From positions 202,244,001-202,308,000 of the forward strand of contig OZ024740.1 in the NCBI GenBank assembly GCA_964016885.1: 64,000 nucleotides of DNA. The letters run 5' to 3'. Shown here piece by piece: positions 28,057-41,919 of the stretch (position 1 is its first letter; each line of letters opens with the position of its first letter). The notes under the pieces are model-generated. The model saw only the letters and a list, made by a program, of their open reading frames with translations. It was not told the origin of the DNA and searched no databases. The position numbers and the translations under genes are program-made. This stretch comes from Eledone cirrhosa. Lineage: Eukaryota.

Positions 28057-29242
28057 AAACTTTTTAAGGAACTAGGATTAAATATTACGCTTGAATATAA
28101 CCCCAAAGAGGTTAATTTCCTTGATGTTACTTTGAATCTCAATACAGAAACGATTAAACCGTTCCATAAACTAAATGAGAACCTTAAATATGTAAATACG
28201 GGTTCTAACCTTCCACCCTCTATAATTAAATCCATCCCTAGAAATATTTCCCTTAGAATCTCCCGCCTGTCGTCCAACCAGCAAACCTTCAAAGAACATG
28301 CCGAATATTATGATGATGCACTTAGGAAGGCTGGACACCTAGATAATATAGAGTATATAGTCGACGATCACCAAAACACCCAAAATAAATCTCATAGAGG
28401 TAGAAATAGCATAGAATCACCACCATACATACACTACCGCAATAGACACACTAATAGTCGCACACCACCAAACAGAAGGCGATGTATAGAGTATATATGG
28501 TACAACCCGGTCTATAACAACTCTATTAAAACCAATCACAATTCTTTCGATTAGTTAAAAAACATTTTCCAACATCACATAAATATAATAAAATCTTAAA
28601 CCCTAACACTATTCGATTTTCATATTCAACCGCCCCTAATATTGAACAACATATAAAAAAGCTTAATGCAAAACGGTTGTATAAACGCCTTCAACACATA
28701 ACAATACACATAAAACATCGGCTATAACATCACAAAACAACAAACAACATCCCGTCCTGCCTAAGCAACCTCATCAACCCATCCATGGTAATACAACAAC
28801 GCATAATTATAACTGTAACTGTGTCCAACCAGGAATGTGTCCGTTGAACAATCAGTGTCTTGAACGCAACATCATATACAAATGTACTATCGAATCGGGT
28901 AGTCAAAGTGGTACTATGTGGGGTCTACAGCTACCTCCTTCAAATCTCGCCTTTATAGACATCGTTACTCGATAAAACATGAAAACCAGCGTTATGTAAC
29001 AACACTCGCAGACAAGGCTTGGCAGCTGCGCGAAAATAACCAACAATTTAACCTAAAATGGGATATAGTAGTGTACCTCTGCATATTTCCAAGGACAGGA
29101 ATTTTGTAAATTGTGTAATATGAAAATATTTTGTATTATGAAATCCAAAAATATTTTATTAAATAACAGAATAGAGCGATCGTTATACTGTAACCATCGC
29201 TTGAAATCTACATTTTCATATTACAAACGATACCAGGATTGA
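28057..29242 (+). pseudogene. Penelope-like RT C-terminus, Cys linker and GIY-YIG endonuclease (frameshifted)
   Basis: VNFLDVTLNL..SNLPPSIIKSIP..IWYNPVY; CNCVQPGMCPLNNQC; NIIYKC..YYVGSTATSFKSRLYRH..LKWDIV..CKLC. Confidence 0.88.
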
Positions 29243-29728
29243 ACACCTGTCTCCATCTCCGTTTGATTATCAAAATACATATAAACATTCTCTATTACTC
29301 TTAATTCTATCAACTCTTCTATTCTTTACCATTTAATATAAACTGCTATAGATAAAATGAGATTTCTTAATTCAATTCCCTAATGCATATCCCAGCAGGC
29401 TACCAGCATTGTTGTTATACAGTAGCAGTGAAAATATCTCTCTTCCTTACTTGACACTTTATATCTGTATTAATACTACTACACCAAACGACCAGCCCTG
29501 TCCATTGTTCAACTGGTCAAATATAGATTAGATTAAAATAGGCACTCCCAAAAATTCTTATTTAGATAAAATAAGCCATATACTCATTGTATTCTCATTA
29601 AAAACCTTCTATATATTTGTTTACCAGCAAATTGAATTGCCATCTGTCATATACTATCCCTTCTCTTCTTCCTTTCTTACAACTAATATAAATACTTTGA
29701 TTTTTCTGATTTTTTCCAATTTATCCAA

Positions 29729-29846
29729 TATCTCTGAAGAAGTGACAACTGATTATACATTTGCTATCGAATACTTGCTAACATTATATGATTACGCAAG
29801 CAGCGATACATAGGTATTCCGTCTGTTACAGAAACATATGTTAATA
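29729..29846 (+). ncRNA. Hammerhead motif, family G, with ~90-nt stem II (mirror on - strand 27696-27813)
   Basis: tatct-CTGAAGA-a gtgaca...tgttac a-GAAA-catatg-TT-aata; palindromic stem III ACATATGT; weak stem I. Confidence 0.65.
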
Positions 29847-29887
29847 CCTAATAAATTCCTTTATAAAAGCCCTTTCATTTTATATTC

Positions 29888-30019
<132 letters not shown>

Positions 30020-30552
30020 GTAATTCCGTCGGAAAGGTACTATAAGCTTTTAGCATAATGATTGAACAAGGAATATCACGTTATCAACAGGTATTTTGCT
30101 CTGCAACCAAACTTTGTAAATGACATAGAACTTCGTAAAAGCACATGTGTAACTCACAAGGGGAAAAACCCCAGATTTTGGCAAATGAATTCAGTATGTG
30201 TATATCATGCAAAAAATTGCATAGATAGCACAAATCGAATAAGCACGCAACCGAGTAGTTTTTAAAATAAACTTATGCAATTAATCTGTCAATAGAATTA
30301 TTAACAGGTTAATTGTAAGACTCGGGAGATTAATACAAATATAAATTCGGCGAGAATTGTATTTCGGCTGGTAGAAAAAGCGAAACGAAACGCAAAATCG
30401 TAGAAATGCTGGCAAACGCTCCAATAGTTAAGAAAACTAGAGCTAAACAATATGTTAAAACGTCATACAAACTGAAAAAGTGGTCAAGAAGGCATTAACC
30501 ACCTAAGCCCCCCATAAAACCAAATCAAGCTAAACAGGTCAAACAAAATGTA

Positions 30553-30605
<53 letters not shown>

Positions 30606-30718
30606 ATCTACTTTTATATTTATTCTTTTTCCTTTCCTTCTTCCTTTTCCAGCCTCACTGTCATATAGATTATATTTTTGTTTTTAAAATCCACTGTCAA
30701 TAAATACACCAGGATTTT

Positions 30719-30777
30719 TTCTTTCTGACGACTGAAAGCAAATTTTGCTTTCTTTCAAGAAACCACTGGTAAATGAA
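30719..30777 (+). ncRNA. Minimal type-I hammerhead motif, family A
   Basis: ttcttt-CTGACGA-c tgaaag...ctttca a-GAAA-ccactgg-TA-aatgaa. Confidence 0.8.
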
Positions 30778-31307
30778 ATAATTATCTTATGTTATTTATT
30801 ACATAACTATATATATATATATAGTGGTGGAACACTGGAAGGTAATATCCGTAGTGGTAGAGCACTGAGTCCATGGGACGAGTTAGGTAGAAGTGGTTAC
30901 ACAACAGTTAGTTCACCATACCGAGAACAATTGTATCACCTTAGCGGATCCTCAGCTCGTAATCGGCATGGCTATAGGAACAGGAAGGACAACCGTACGA
31001 ACGCGCATGCGCAGTAACCTGGTCACTTCACACAGGCAATACTAGAATGCATGCGAGAGGTGTAAGGCAGATAACTGCGAAAGTCCGAAAGGTTTTTAGT
31101 TGAAAACAAAATTACAAAGAATCAGTCCGGAGCCTTGTAGTTATGCAATATGTGTTTGGCGATGTGTGGACAACGTGTGAAAAATTCACTTCTCGTGTTT
31201 AGGCAATCACTATTGCGTAATCTCTTTAGAATAGTTATTCGTTCGTCAATACATAAGCCACACGTCGGATTTCCCCTTGCGTATGGCTTGGACTTAATGA
31301 TGGCTTT

Positions 31308-31378
<71 letters not shown>

Positions 31379-31680
31379 TAACAGATTAAAGTTTAAGCAA
31401 AGAATCGCTTGTATTTGTTATAGGCGTATATATTATATCATATATACTGGTACATGTGTATCTGGTTATGTGTATACGTGAGTTTTGCGTTTGTGTGTGT
31501 ATGCGGGTTTGCACGTATGTAGGGTGTGTGTATTTGTGTACTTTGTGTTTTCGCTGACGTACGTTCAGCGAACATATGTGTATTTACATGTGGGTGTGTG
31601 TGTACGCGCGTTATATACGTATTTATGTGTGCATATTTATATACGTTTATATAATTATATGTATACGCACACACACACAC

Positions 31681-31725
<45 letters not shown>

Positions 31726-32064
31726 TTATGTGTATTTGGTGTATACGTTCGTATGTGTACAGGCGCTGCGTGCGTTTTTGTATGTGTGCGTGTGGTTTTG
31801 TGTACGTGCCTGTATTTGCATACCCATGACGGGTGTTTCCGCGTATGCATGTGTATGTACGTATATGGATGCGTGCATCTATATATTTAATTATTGTTGA
31901 TTTCAATAACCTCTGTAATTTATTTACATTATTCTTAACTCTGCCTTTCATCCTTACGGGGTCGATAAAATAAAGTACCAGTAATACACTGGGTTATTGC
32001 TGGCCTTGTGCCAAAAGTAGAAACAATTATTCTTAACTCTGAAGCAGAGAATCATTCGGTTTCC

Positions 32065-32438
32065 TAAATAGAATTTTAGTCTACGACTTCAGTTATACCG
32101 TAAACGTGGTTTTGTCTTTGCGTGTAATTGTTCTCCTCGATCCACATAATGACGTATTATCTTTTTTCTGTTCTTTGCCAGGGAACGTCTCCACGAACCA
32201 AAGTATCGTCTTCCTGTCTTCCTTCGGTTGCAACGTTTTTCGAAATATTTACTTCTGCGTTCACAGATTGAGTTTTTTAGTTTCAGAAGATCCCGTTAAT
32301 GGCGAAAGCAGCGATTCTTTGCTTAAACTTTAATCTGTTATTTTAATAAATATTTGCTCTACGGTTCTTATATATTTGATATATATTTATCCATATCGAG
32401 CCCTCTTTGGATTTTAGTCTTCAAATTTATTATTATTA
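32065..32438 (+). mobile_element. Unclassified interspersed repeat with (ATT)n tail
   Basis: Homologous to 39310-40097 and to fragments at 31372-31410 and 42728-42770. Confidence 0.65.
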
Positions 32439-32443
32439 CTATA

Positions 32444-33485
32444 CTAGCAGTGTATCCCGGCGTTGCACGGGTAAGAACATTGGTAATAGCACCTCCAATG
32501 AGAAACGTTTATTTGTGAGTGCCTGTTAAAAACTCACGAAAATATACCGACAGGAAACTTGTTTTATTTGGAGAAAATTAAGAAGTTGAAAGTACAGTTT
32601 AGCTGTATATGTGCATTGTTCATAGAAATATTGTTGAGCCCCTTCTTTTCATACTTCTTCTGTGACAGTTGTCCCCCGGCGTTTCCACTCTGTTTTGGCC
32701 TATTGGAGTAAATGTGAAAGAGAAAGTCACAGGTTAAGTTGGCAGAAGGTTCCAGTGTCATAGCAGTAAGGCGTAGGCTACTTACCTCAAAAGTTCATTC
32801 GCACTCTTTCCACTAAGTTACTCTTTCTCTCTATCCCTCTCAGTGCAGTCCCTTGCGAATTTCTCACGTAGGTCTGGTGTAGATTTGCACCCGATCGATC
32901 TGCCTGATGCACATGTCCGCTTTGTACGGCTTTTGGAGGAAGGAGTGACCAACAGTACGTTGTTCGGTATTATTATGAAAAGGTGTAGCAGAGAATACTG
33001 TGTGAACTAACAGCTCGGGAGGAAACTACTTACCTCGAAGATTCATTCGCCATCGTAGTTGGTATTTGTTGGTTTACAGTTAGATGAATGGCGCACAAGG
33101 GGTTAATATTTATTGGCAAAAAGTTTTTTTATTAATAAAAGACGGGTTAAAGCAACGGAAAATAGCGAAGATAATACGTCAGCAATGAGAACCATGTTTG
33201 TCATAATGTCGTAATGCAGACAGCCAACATACAGACAGATATTATAAGGGCGCAACGTTATAGCTATGTATCTATCTAAAAAGACAGAGAGATCGATAAC
33301 CGGCACCTAACACCCCTTTAACAACAGAAAATTGAAAAATAAAAGCTGCAGTTAATATCTTTAGACCGCAACGAATATATAAATGCAAGTTTGAAGTCAA
33401 TCGGAGTAGAAATGTGGATTTGTATAGACTTTGCAAAAATTAGGGGACACACACACACACAGATAATTTCAGTTTTATATATATG
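32444..33485 (-). mobile_element. Non-autonomous Helitron-like element
   Basis: Minus-strand 3' end CCCGTGCAACGCCGGG hairpin followed by CTAG|T; 5' end TATATATAAAACTGAAA plus (TG)n. Confidence 0.7.
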
Positions 33486-33505
33486 TATATATGTGTGTGT
33501 GTGTA

Positions 33506-35745
33506 CATTTTACGTCCGCTTTTCCCTGCTTGCAAGGGTGGGACGGGTCTTATTCAGCACAGCATCTTTCCACTTGTCACGGTCCTTCGTCATCTCCGTG
33601 AGCTTCAGCGATCTGAGGTCTGTTCTCACCATCTCTGCCCATGTTTTTCGTGGTCTACCCCTACCACGTCTTCCTTCAACTGGCATTTCCTGGCAATTCT
33701 TCACCCATCGGTCATCCTCCATGCGTATCACATGTCCATACCACTGCAGTCTCCTCTCTCGCACACTACATGCTATCCCTCTCAGACACAGTTTCTCTCT
33801 CAACACATTCATGCTGGGTCGTTCATGCACATTGACATTGCACATCCAACAGAGCATGCGTGCCTCATTTCTCTCCAGCTATCGCATATCCTCTGCAGTT
33901 GCTGCCCATGTCTCACTAGCATGCAGCATCGCGCTCCTCACACAGGCATCATATAACCGGCCTTTCATACGCAGAGAGAAACCCTTCTTTGTCAGCAGAG
34001 GAAGCAGCTTCCTAAACTTTTTCCAACCCGTCCTTATTCTAGATACTATGGCCTCAGAACACCCCCCTCCCATGCTAATCTGATCTCATAGGTACCGGAA
34101 GCTATCCACCACTTCTATAGCACCTGCCTGCATTTGAAAAATGTGTCTATCAATCCGACTTCTATTGTCTAATTTCCCTGTACATCTACTGCATATGTAT
34201 TTCTTAGTTTGCCTGCTATCTTACTACATCTCTTGTGTACCCAGGATCTGCATTGTGTGCATTTTATAGAATTTATGCCAGTTCCTTTTCTGCATATCGA
34301 ACATGGCCATTTCCCTGACGGAATCAGGGTTTTGTCCTCTTTTCTACTCATCAACACTTTTGTCTTAGCTAGATTTACTCTCAGTCCTCTTGCTTCCAAC
34401 TGCTGTTTCCATAGCCGGAATTTATTCTCTAGCTCCTCTACTGATTCTGCTATAAGAGCCAGATCGTCAGCATAGAGAAGTTCCCATGGACAGCCAGTCT
34501 TAAACTCCTCTGTTATGGCTTGGAGGACTATAGTGAACAAGAGTGGGCTGAGGACCGAACCCTGATGTACTCCTACTTGTATCTGGAATTCCTCACTAAA
34601 TTCCATTCCTAGCCTGACTTTACTGACAGCACCTCTGTACAAAGTTTGCACTGTCCTCACAAGCCATTCCTCAACACCTAGTTTCCTTAGGGAACACCAG
34701 ATGACAGATCAGGGTACTCTAAGAAAGACCTTCTGTAGGTCAACAAAGGCTAAGTATAGTGGCTTATTCTTTTCTAAGAACCTCTCTTGTAATTGTCTCA
34801 CCAAGAAGAGGGCATCTGTTGTACTTTTCCCAGGCACAAAACCAAACTGCATCTCATCTAGTTTGACCCTTTCTCTAATTAGTTGTGCTAATATCCTTTC
34901 TGCCACTTTCATAACCTGATCCATCAGTTTTATACCCCTATAATTGCTCCTCTCCAGAGAAATTTATGAGAATACTGCTGCACCAGTCTTTGGGTATGAC
35001 ACCACTATATAGAGCCTGATTGATGATATGTGCAACCAGTTTAGTGCCTACGTCCCCTGATGCCTTCAGTATCTCAGCAACCATCCCTGACGGTCCAGCA
35101 GCCTTACCATTTTTCATTTCCTTAATCACCTCTTGGACCCTATATTCGTCAATCTCAATAGCTGGTCCCTCTGTTGGATCTACTGAGGGTAATTTCTGTC
35201 TCTCCCATTCGTTCTCCACATTCATCAGTCTCTCATAATGACATTTCCAGGCCTCCTTTTTCCGATCATTCATGACACTAAGTACACCGGCATCATTCCG
35301 GACACATTTATCTCCAACAACATCCTGATTTGCATCGACATACTGCCTTGCAATGTGGAACACCGCACGCCTCTGATCTTCCCGTTGCAGAACATTGGCA
35401 AACCTCCTACTCTCAGTCTCCCTGCGTGCTAAGTACACCTGACGTCTAGCTTCTCTTTTAGTGGCAGTAAGTTGTCACGTAAGAAATTCCAGCTATTATC
35501 TATGTCATATGTCTCTAAATCGTCTTCTTTTTCATCATACACATCTTGAAGGGCTTTCCTAAATTTGTATTTTAGTGAAAGGTCTTTTAGCTTCCAGACC
35601 TTTTTTCTCCACACCTTCCTGTATATCTCATTCCATCTCTTGCTTACTGAGATATCACTAACAACTAATCTATGCTGTGGGGTACATTCTTCCCCAGGGT
35701 ATGCCTTGGTATTTGACACCATCTGCCTGTCCCGCTGCCTATTTC
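33506..35745 (-). mobile_element. Degenerate RTE LINE, second subfamily
   Basis: Fragmented ORFs 33510-35722 with QFGF, GVHQGSVLSP, YADD, PHD-like cluster, WYGHV; internal deletion near 35460. Confidence 0.92.
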
Positions 35746-35990
35746 TATGTCAAATAAACATGTATCTTCTCTACTAATGTATTGAATACCTTATTTAACT
35801 ATGGTTGGTTTCTTTCTGATCTCCTTCAGAAAGTGATCCTTTATTATATATATACACAGCGACCACAAAAATACCCCTTGAGTTCAAATACTTATAATAT
35901 TAAAACTTAAATGAATATTCTTACAATATTGGTGGCTACAGTAGCATAAACTAACAAAGTTTCTTTCCTCATTTGCAGAATTGACTTGAT

Positions 35991-36022
35991 CCACTAGATG
36001 GCAGTATTAATTCAAGATGGCG
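35991..36022 (+). promoter_or_regulatory. CTCF-consensus match next to a YY1-like motif
   Basis: CCACTAGATGGCAG fits CCASYAGRKGGCRS; AAGATGGCG at 36014-36022. Motif match only. Confidence 0.3.
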
Positions 36023-36319
36023 TTCACTCCACATCAACATAGCTCATGTATTTTTGTGGTCCCCATGTATATCTGGTGCCATGATAAAAAGCAGCAAGTC
36101 CACCCTGTAAAATGGTAGTGAGGGTGCCATGAAAAAGCTCCCTGTATATGTGGTAATGTGGTTGGGATTCGGAAGGGCATCTAGCCATAGAAACATGTTG
36201 ACCTAACCTGGCTAGCTTCATAGCGGGGGGTGGGGGTGAGGGGCAACCACTCTAACTCATACAAACATGGAAAATAAACATTAAATAGTGATGATGATGA
36301 TGATAATATATATATGTGC

Positions 36320-37490
36320 TTTTGAGGGCTGTACAAGCTATGTACAGAGATGCAATCAGCAAAGTTAATATTAACGAGTATAGTGAGGAATTTAGTGTGC
36401 AGGTGTGTGTGTGTGGGGGGGGGGGGTCTACCAGGGCTCTATCTTCAGTCTATTTTTGTTTATTAAAGTTCTCCAGGCCATAATAGAGGAGTTTAAGACC
36501 AGCTGCTGTAGTAACTCTGGCATGCAAATGACCTAGTTCTCACAGCTAAATCAGCAGAGGGACTAGAGAAGAAATTTCAAACTTTGAAGTAAAATCTGTA
36601 ATTGAAAGGCTTGAAAGTCAACTTAGTTATTGACTGATGTCCTTGTAAATAAAAGGATGACAGGGCTATGATTCCATCAGACAAATGAATATGTTCAATA
36701 TGCAAAAAAGATCTGATAGAAATTCCATACAGTATACAAAATGTAAACTATGAGTACACAAGAGATGTAGTGGGATCTTTGGCAGGCTAACAAGGAATGG
36801 AGGTCAAGTATGTGATAGGTGCATCAGAGTGGTAAGTGACAAGAGCTTACTTGAAACAGGCTTTATGAAATGTTCAGATGGCTTCCATTACCTAGATGTT
36901 TTAACTGACAGTGGGCGAGGATGTTCTGAAAGTACAATGTCTAAAGTGAGAACTGGGTGGGAAAAGTTCAAGGATCTACTACCACTGGTGGCTATAAAGG
37001 GTTTCTCCCTTAGGATGAAAGGCTGATTGTACGATGCCTGTATGAGAACTGTGATGTTGCATGGAAGTGAGACGTGAGCCTTGAATGCAGAGAATCTAGG
37101 ACAATTAGAGGTAAATGAGACAAATATGCTTTGATAGATGTGTAATATCAGTGTGCATGTGTGATAAACCATTAGTGAACTAAGAGAAAATCTGGGCATA
37201 AGAGGGATTAGATGTAGTGTACAAAAGAGAAGAATATGTTGGTATGGGCATGTGATGTGAATGGAATATGACAGTTGCATTAAGAAGAGCAGGGCATTCA
37301 AAGTTAGTGGAAACTATGGACTAGGTAGACTAAGAAAAACTTGGAATGATGTGTTAAAAGTTGATCTAAAGAAGCTGAACCTCATGAGGTGAGGGAGATG
37401 ACACATGACTAAGTTGACTGGAGATATGCTGTACTAGAGGATTCACTTTCACACATGAACAGAAAGAAAACAAGCTTGAGAAGATAGTAG
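36320..37490 (+). mobile_element. Old, stop-riddled RTE LINE 3' half
   Basis: Collinear with the other RTE copies (AVQAMY..EEFK..RTGWEKFKDLLPL..HGSET..WYGHV). Confidence 0.85.
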
Positions 37491-37876
37491 TAAAATAACA
37501 AACAAAAATAAGAGTAGAGAGGCCCCACGCCAGCAGGGAAAAGGGGACACCGTTCCACAGTGTAGTGCCACACATCACTTGCTTGTTCATCAATATTTAG
37601 CCCCATAACTCTACCAATATGCTCTTTTCCATCTCTTCCAATGTCACAACCTAACCTTTCTATTTTCACCCCTCCTTGATTTCTTCTTTCTTGTCCAACT
37701 CATGCCAGTATGAAAGGATGCACCCTCTCCCCACAGTAGCGTAGCTAGAGAGGGGCAAAGCACGCGGCGGTCCGCCTCGAGCGACTCTTTTATGGGGGCG
37801 GCACTTTTAGGTCTGCTGTAGGCTATAAGCGTTCTTTTAATGCTTCACAATAATATCATAATTGTACACAGACGAG

Positions 37877-37950
<74 letters not shown>

Positions 37951-37983
37951 CTCGTCTGTGTACAATTATAATATATATATATA

Positions 37984-39257
37984 CAGGGTGGGGCATAAAA
38001 ACTGTTACAAAATAAAATGCAAATAGTTCTTGAAAAAAACATTTATATCAAGATCTGACTTCAACAAATAGTAAGTAATATACTATTAAACAACTGCACA
38101 AAAAATTATTCGAAATGCTTTCCTCTTGCTCTCACTACTGCTTGAAGACTTCTAGGAAAGTCTTCGATGGCTGACGAACAGTTTCCATGGGTATTTTCTC
38201 CCATACTTTATTCAGTTTTGATTTTAGAGTTTCAATATTTTGGCTAGGAGTAGAGCAGGCTTCACTTTCAAGAATTGACCATAAAGAAAAATCGATAGGT
38301 TGAGATCTGGTGATGTGGGAGGCCACTCTTCATTACTGATCCATGCAGGACAATGGTCTCTACACCACTGTTATGTTATGCGAGTAGTGTGGCTCGTCGC
38401 TCCATCTTGTTGGAGAGTCCAAATGTCATCGCCATAAACAGATGTGCACCATGGCATCAGTGCTCCTTCCAAAATATCCTTTATGTAAAGTTCTTTGTTA
38501 ATTTTAACTCCTTGAGGCACAAAAATCAGATGAGACTTCCCTCTTTCAGAAATGGCTGCCCAAACCATCACTGATGCTGGTTTCTGTGTTCTGAACACTT
38601 TTCCTACACTTGAAGGAATTGATTTGAGACTTTTTGCAAGTACTCAATCATTTTGATGATTGTGAGACTGCTGCACAGTGAATAAATTCTCATCTGTAAA
38701 GATGATGTTTTGCAGCGTGCCATCCTTGATACGGTTCAATAACAGTTTACTTCTGGAGAGCCTCTTTTCAATTGAGGCTGCAGAAAGAAGCTGCCTCTTT
38801 TGGAACTTATAGGATGACGCATAGTTCTCGGCGATGTTTCTGCTTCTTCTGCTATTTTTCTCATAGACCTTCTTGGATTACGGCTTATTTTTTCCCTCAC
38901 ACTTTTAACGAGTTTTGGTGTTCTTGAGGTGCGAGGACGTCTGGATCGGGGTCTGTCTTTGGTCGAGGAAGTTTCCTTAAATCGATCGATTGTCCTTTTG
39001 ATCAACATTCTATTGATCTTAAGAATTTTCCCCAGTTTAAATGTCTTGGGTGGAGTCAGGCCTTTTTCATGCTTCTCTATTATGAACTTTCTTTCCAATT
39101 CTATGGACATTGCAAATTGTTAATGGAGTAATGTCCTGAAAAATAGTTAATATGATTATAGTGCATGGATTTGATACAAATATATTAGTTATATTAGCAA
39201 CATAATGTATTTTTAAATTGATTTAAAACTTTTTTGTAACAGGAATTATGCACCACC

Positions 39258-39260
<3 letters not shown>
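37984..39260 (-). mobile_element. Tc1/mariner superfamily transposon, maT (DD37D)-like, frameshifted
   Basis: TIRs CAGGGTGG(T)GCATAA..CTGTTACAAAA with TA flanks; HTH/RPR region, IIFTDE, VMVWAAIS, QQDGATSHT, WPPTSPDL..PIDFSLW. Confidence 0.88.
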
Positions 39261-39309
<49 letters not shown>

Positions 39310-39313
<4 letters not shown>

Positions 39314-40095
39314 TAAAATAACAGATTAAAGTCTAAGCAAAAAATCGCTGCTTTCACCCTTAACGGGACCTTCTGAATAAATTTGAAGACTAAAATCCAA
39401 AGAGGGCTCGATAAGGATAAATATATATCAAATATATAAGAACCGTAGAGCAAATATTTATTAAAATAACAGATTAAAGTTTAAGCAAAGAATTGCTGCT
39501 TTCACCCTTAACGGGATCTTCTGAAACAAAAAAAAATCAATCTGTGAACGCAGAATTAAATATTTCGAAAAACGTTGCAACCGAAGGAAGACAGGAAGAC
39601 TTCAGTTATACCATAAACGTGGTTTTGTCTTTGTGTGTAATTGTTCTCATCGCTCCACATAACGGCGTATTATCTTCGTTTTTTCTGTTCATTTCCAGGG
39701 AACGTCCCCACGAACCACCTAATAGAATATTAGTCTACAACTTCATTTATACCATGAACATGGTTTTGTCTTTGCGTGTAATTGTTCTCATCGCTCCACA
39801 TAACGACGTATTATCTTCGCTTTTATCTGTTCATTGCCAGGGAACGTCTCCACAAACCAAAGTATCGTCTTCCTGTCTTCCTTCGGCTGCAACGTTTTTC
39901 GAAATATTTACTTCTGCGTTCACAGATTGATTTTTTTAGTTTCCGAAGACCCCGTTAAGGGTGGAAGCAGCGATTCTTTGCTTAAACTTTAATCTGTTAT
40001 TTTAATAAATATTTGCTCTACGGTTCTTATATATTTGATATATATTTATCCTTATCGAGACCTCTTTGGATTTTAGTCTTCAAATTTATTATTAT

Positions 40096-40097
<2 letters not shown>
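39310..40097. mobile_element. Rearranged foldback copy of the (ATT)n-tailed repeat
   Basis: Inverted arms ~39377-39600/39867-40090; internal ~135-bp direct duplication. Confidence 0.75.
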
Positions 40098-40153
<56 letters not shown>

Positions 40154-40207
40154 TATATATATATATAATTTGCAAGATTTTTGATATTTTACCAAATTTA
40201 TTATTAT

Positions 40208-40246
<39 letters not shown>

Positions 40247-40382
40247 ATATATATAATTTGCAAGGTTTTTGTGGTGAAACAAATATTGTTAGGAACAAAT
40301 ATAGCGGGACAGATAATGGTGTTGGTAGTTGATTATGTTGTGGCGTTGATTCGTTTGTTGCGTATATGCATCTACATATATA

Positions 40383-40579
40383 CGAGGTCGGCTGAAAAGT
40401 TCATAGGTTGACCAAGATACTCTCGTGGAATGACCAAATGAGGTTTATTTTTCAGCATAGTTCCGTTCCTGGAAAGAAACAATGCAGTTATTAATAAGAG
40501 CTGAAATTAATGCATGCAAGATTTCACAGCTCTAGCATCAACCCTCAAAGTCTGCCTATGGACTTTCAGCCTAAACTCG
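40383..40579. mobile_element. mariner-type MITE (related relic at 47919-47981)
   Basis: TA-CGAGGTCGGCTGAAAAGTTCATAGG ... CCTATGGACTTTCAGCCTAAACTCG. Confidence 0.6.
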
Positions 40580-40623
40580 TGTGTGTGTGTATATATATAT
40601 ATATATAAGCAAAAGGGATATTT

Positions 40624-40660
<37 letters not shown>

Positions 40661-40704
40661 TATATAGGTATATACATACATACATATATACACACACACA
40701 CACA

Positions 40705-40780
40705 CAGTGTGTCCCCCCAAAATGTATACAATTTTATTAGAATGCTGTTGAAGTGTGTATACATTTTTGGGGACACCCTG
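40705..40780. mobile_element. 76-bp Tc1/mariner-type MITE
   Basis: TIRs CAG(T/G)GTGTCCCC..AAAATGTATACA; TA on the right flank. Confidence 0.65.
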
Positions 40781-40901
40781 TAATATATATCTACAAGGAT
40801 ATTAAATTATTATATTCCAGAAAACTGTCGACTGCTTTGAATCAGTTATAAACATTTATATTATTTGTTGAATTACCAACAAATTGAATATCCCTTTTGC
40901 T

Positions 40902-40934
<33 letters not shown>

Positions 40935-41919
40935 ATACAAATTACATTTACATAAATATAAGTACATATGTATATATTTAGGAGGGGGGGGGGGTTAATG
41001 ATACCTTATTACGTCATTTCTATTTACTGCGGTCCTACCTTATCTGTATTTGTAAACATATTTTTCCACTGGAATTTGTAGCTGAATATCTTTTTAATTT
41101 TTTTATTTTTAAACTTCTGTTGGATATTATTTAAAAAAACATTAATCATACTACAGAACGCCTTCGTCATATATATATATATTTTAATCACATATCGTAT
41201 CTTTCCCTTGTCATTTTATCTAGTCAACATTCTCTCTCATTCGTCCTCTATTTATCTTTCAATCTCTTTCTTGTTTATCCCCTTCACTATGTATCCCACT
41301 AAAGTACTTTAATAATATTCATATATAATTGTAGTATTTTATTTTTGTTTCTGTATTCTTCTTTCCTTCCTGTATTACATCGTTCTCCTCGCTTTCTTTC
41401 GTTGTTACTTACTAGACACTGTTTACACTCTTTCTTCGCCCTTTTTATACACATACTTTAATTTTTGTTCTTCTGTCTTTATTTTCTTCCTCGTCTTTCT
41501 TTTACACTTTCTGTATCTCTTTATCTTTCAACACCTCGTTTTATACTCTCTCTTTGCCCCCCTCTACACTCTCTGTATTTCTCTCTTGATTTCATTACAA
41601 CCCGTTTACACTCTCTGTTTCTCCAAATCCCGTTTTACACAACACACTCTCATGTTCATACTACCCCCTTTTTACACTATCTGTTTTTCTCTCTTAATTT
41701 TAATACCCTCTGCCTCTCTCTCAGACTTTATACACTCTCTTTACATTCTTTATCCTGTTTAATTCTCTTTCTCTCTCATTTATCTGTCTCTTTCTGTTTA
41801 GCCTACACTCTTTCACTTTTTAAAAATCTTACTCCTGTACTCGCATCTCTCTCTCTATCTTTCACACACTCTCTGTCCCCCTCTCACTCTGTCCGGTATT
41901 TATAAATAGCCGTGAGACA

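Noticed and set aside
30864-30885. ctgagtcc-atg-ggacgag resembling a hammerhead stem II
   Set aside because: Lacks both the full CTGAnGA and GAAA core segments.
41901-41909. TATAAATA as a TATA box for the HSL-like exon
   Set aside because: Only ~19 bp before the ATG, too close; more plausibly an acceptor (tag|) after the pyrimidine tract, or chance.
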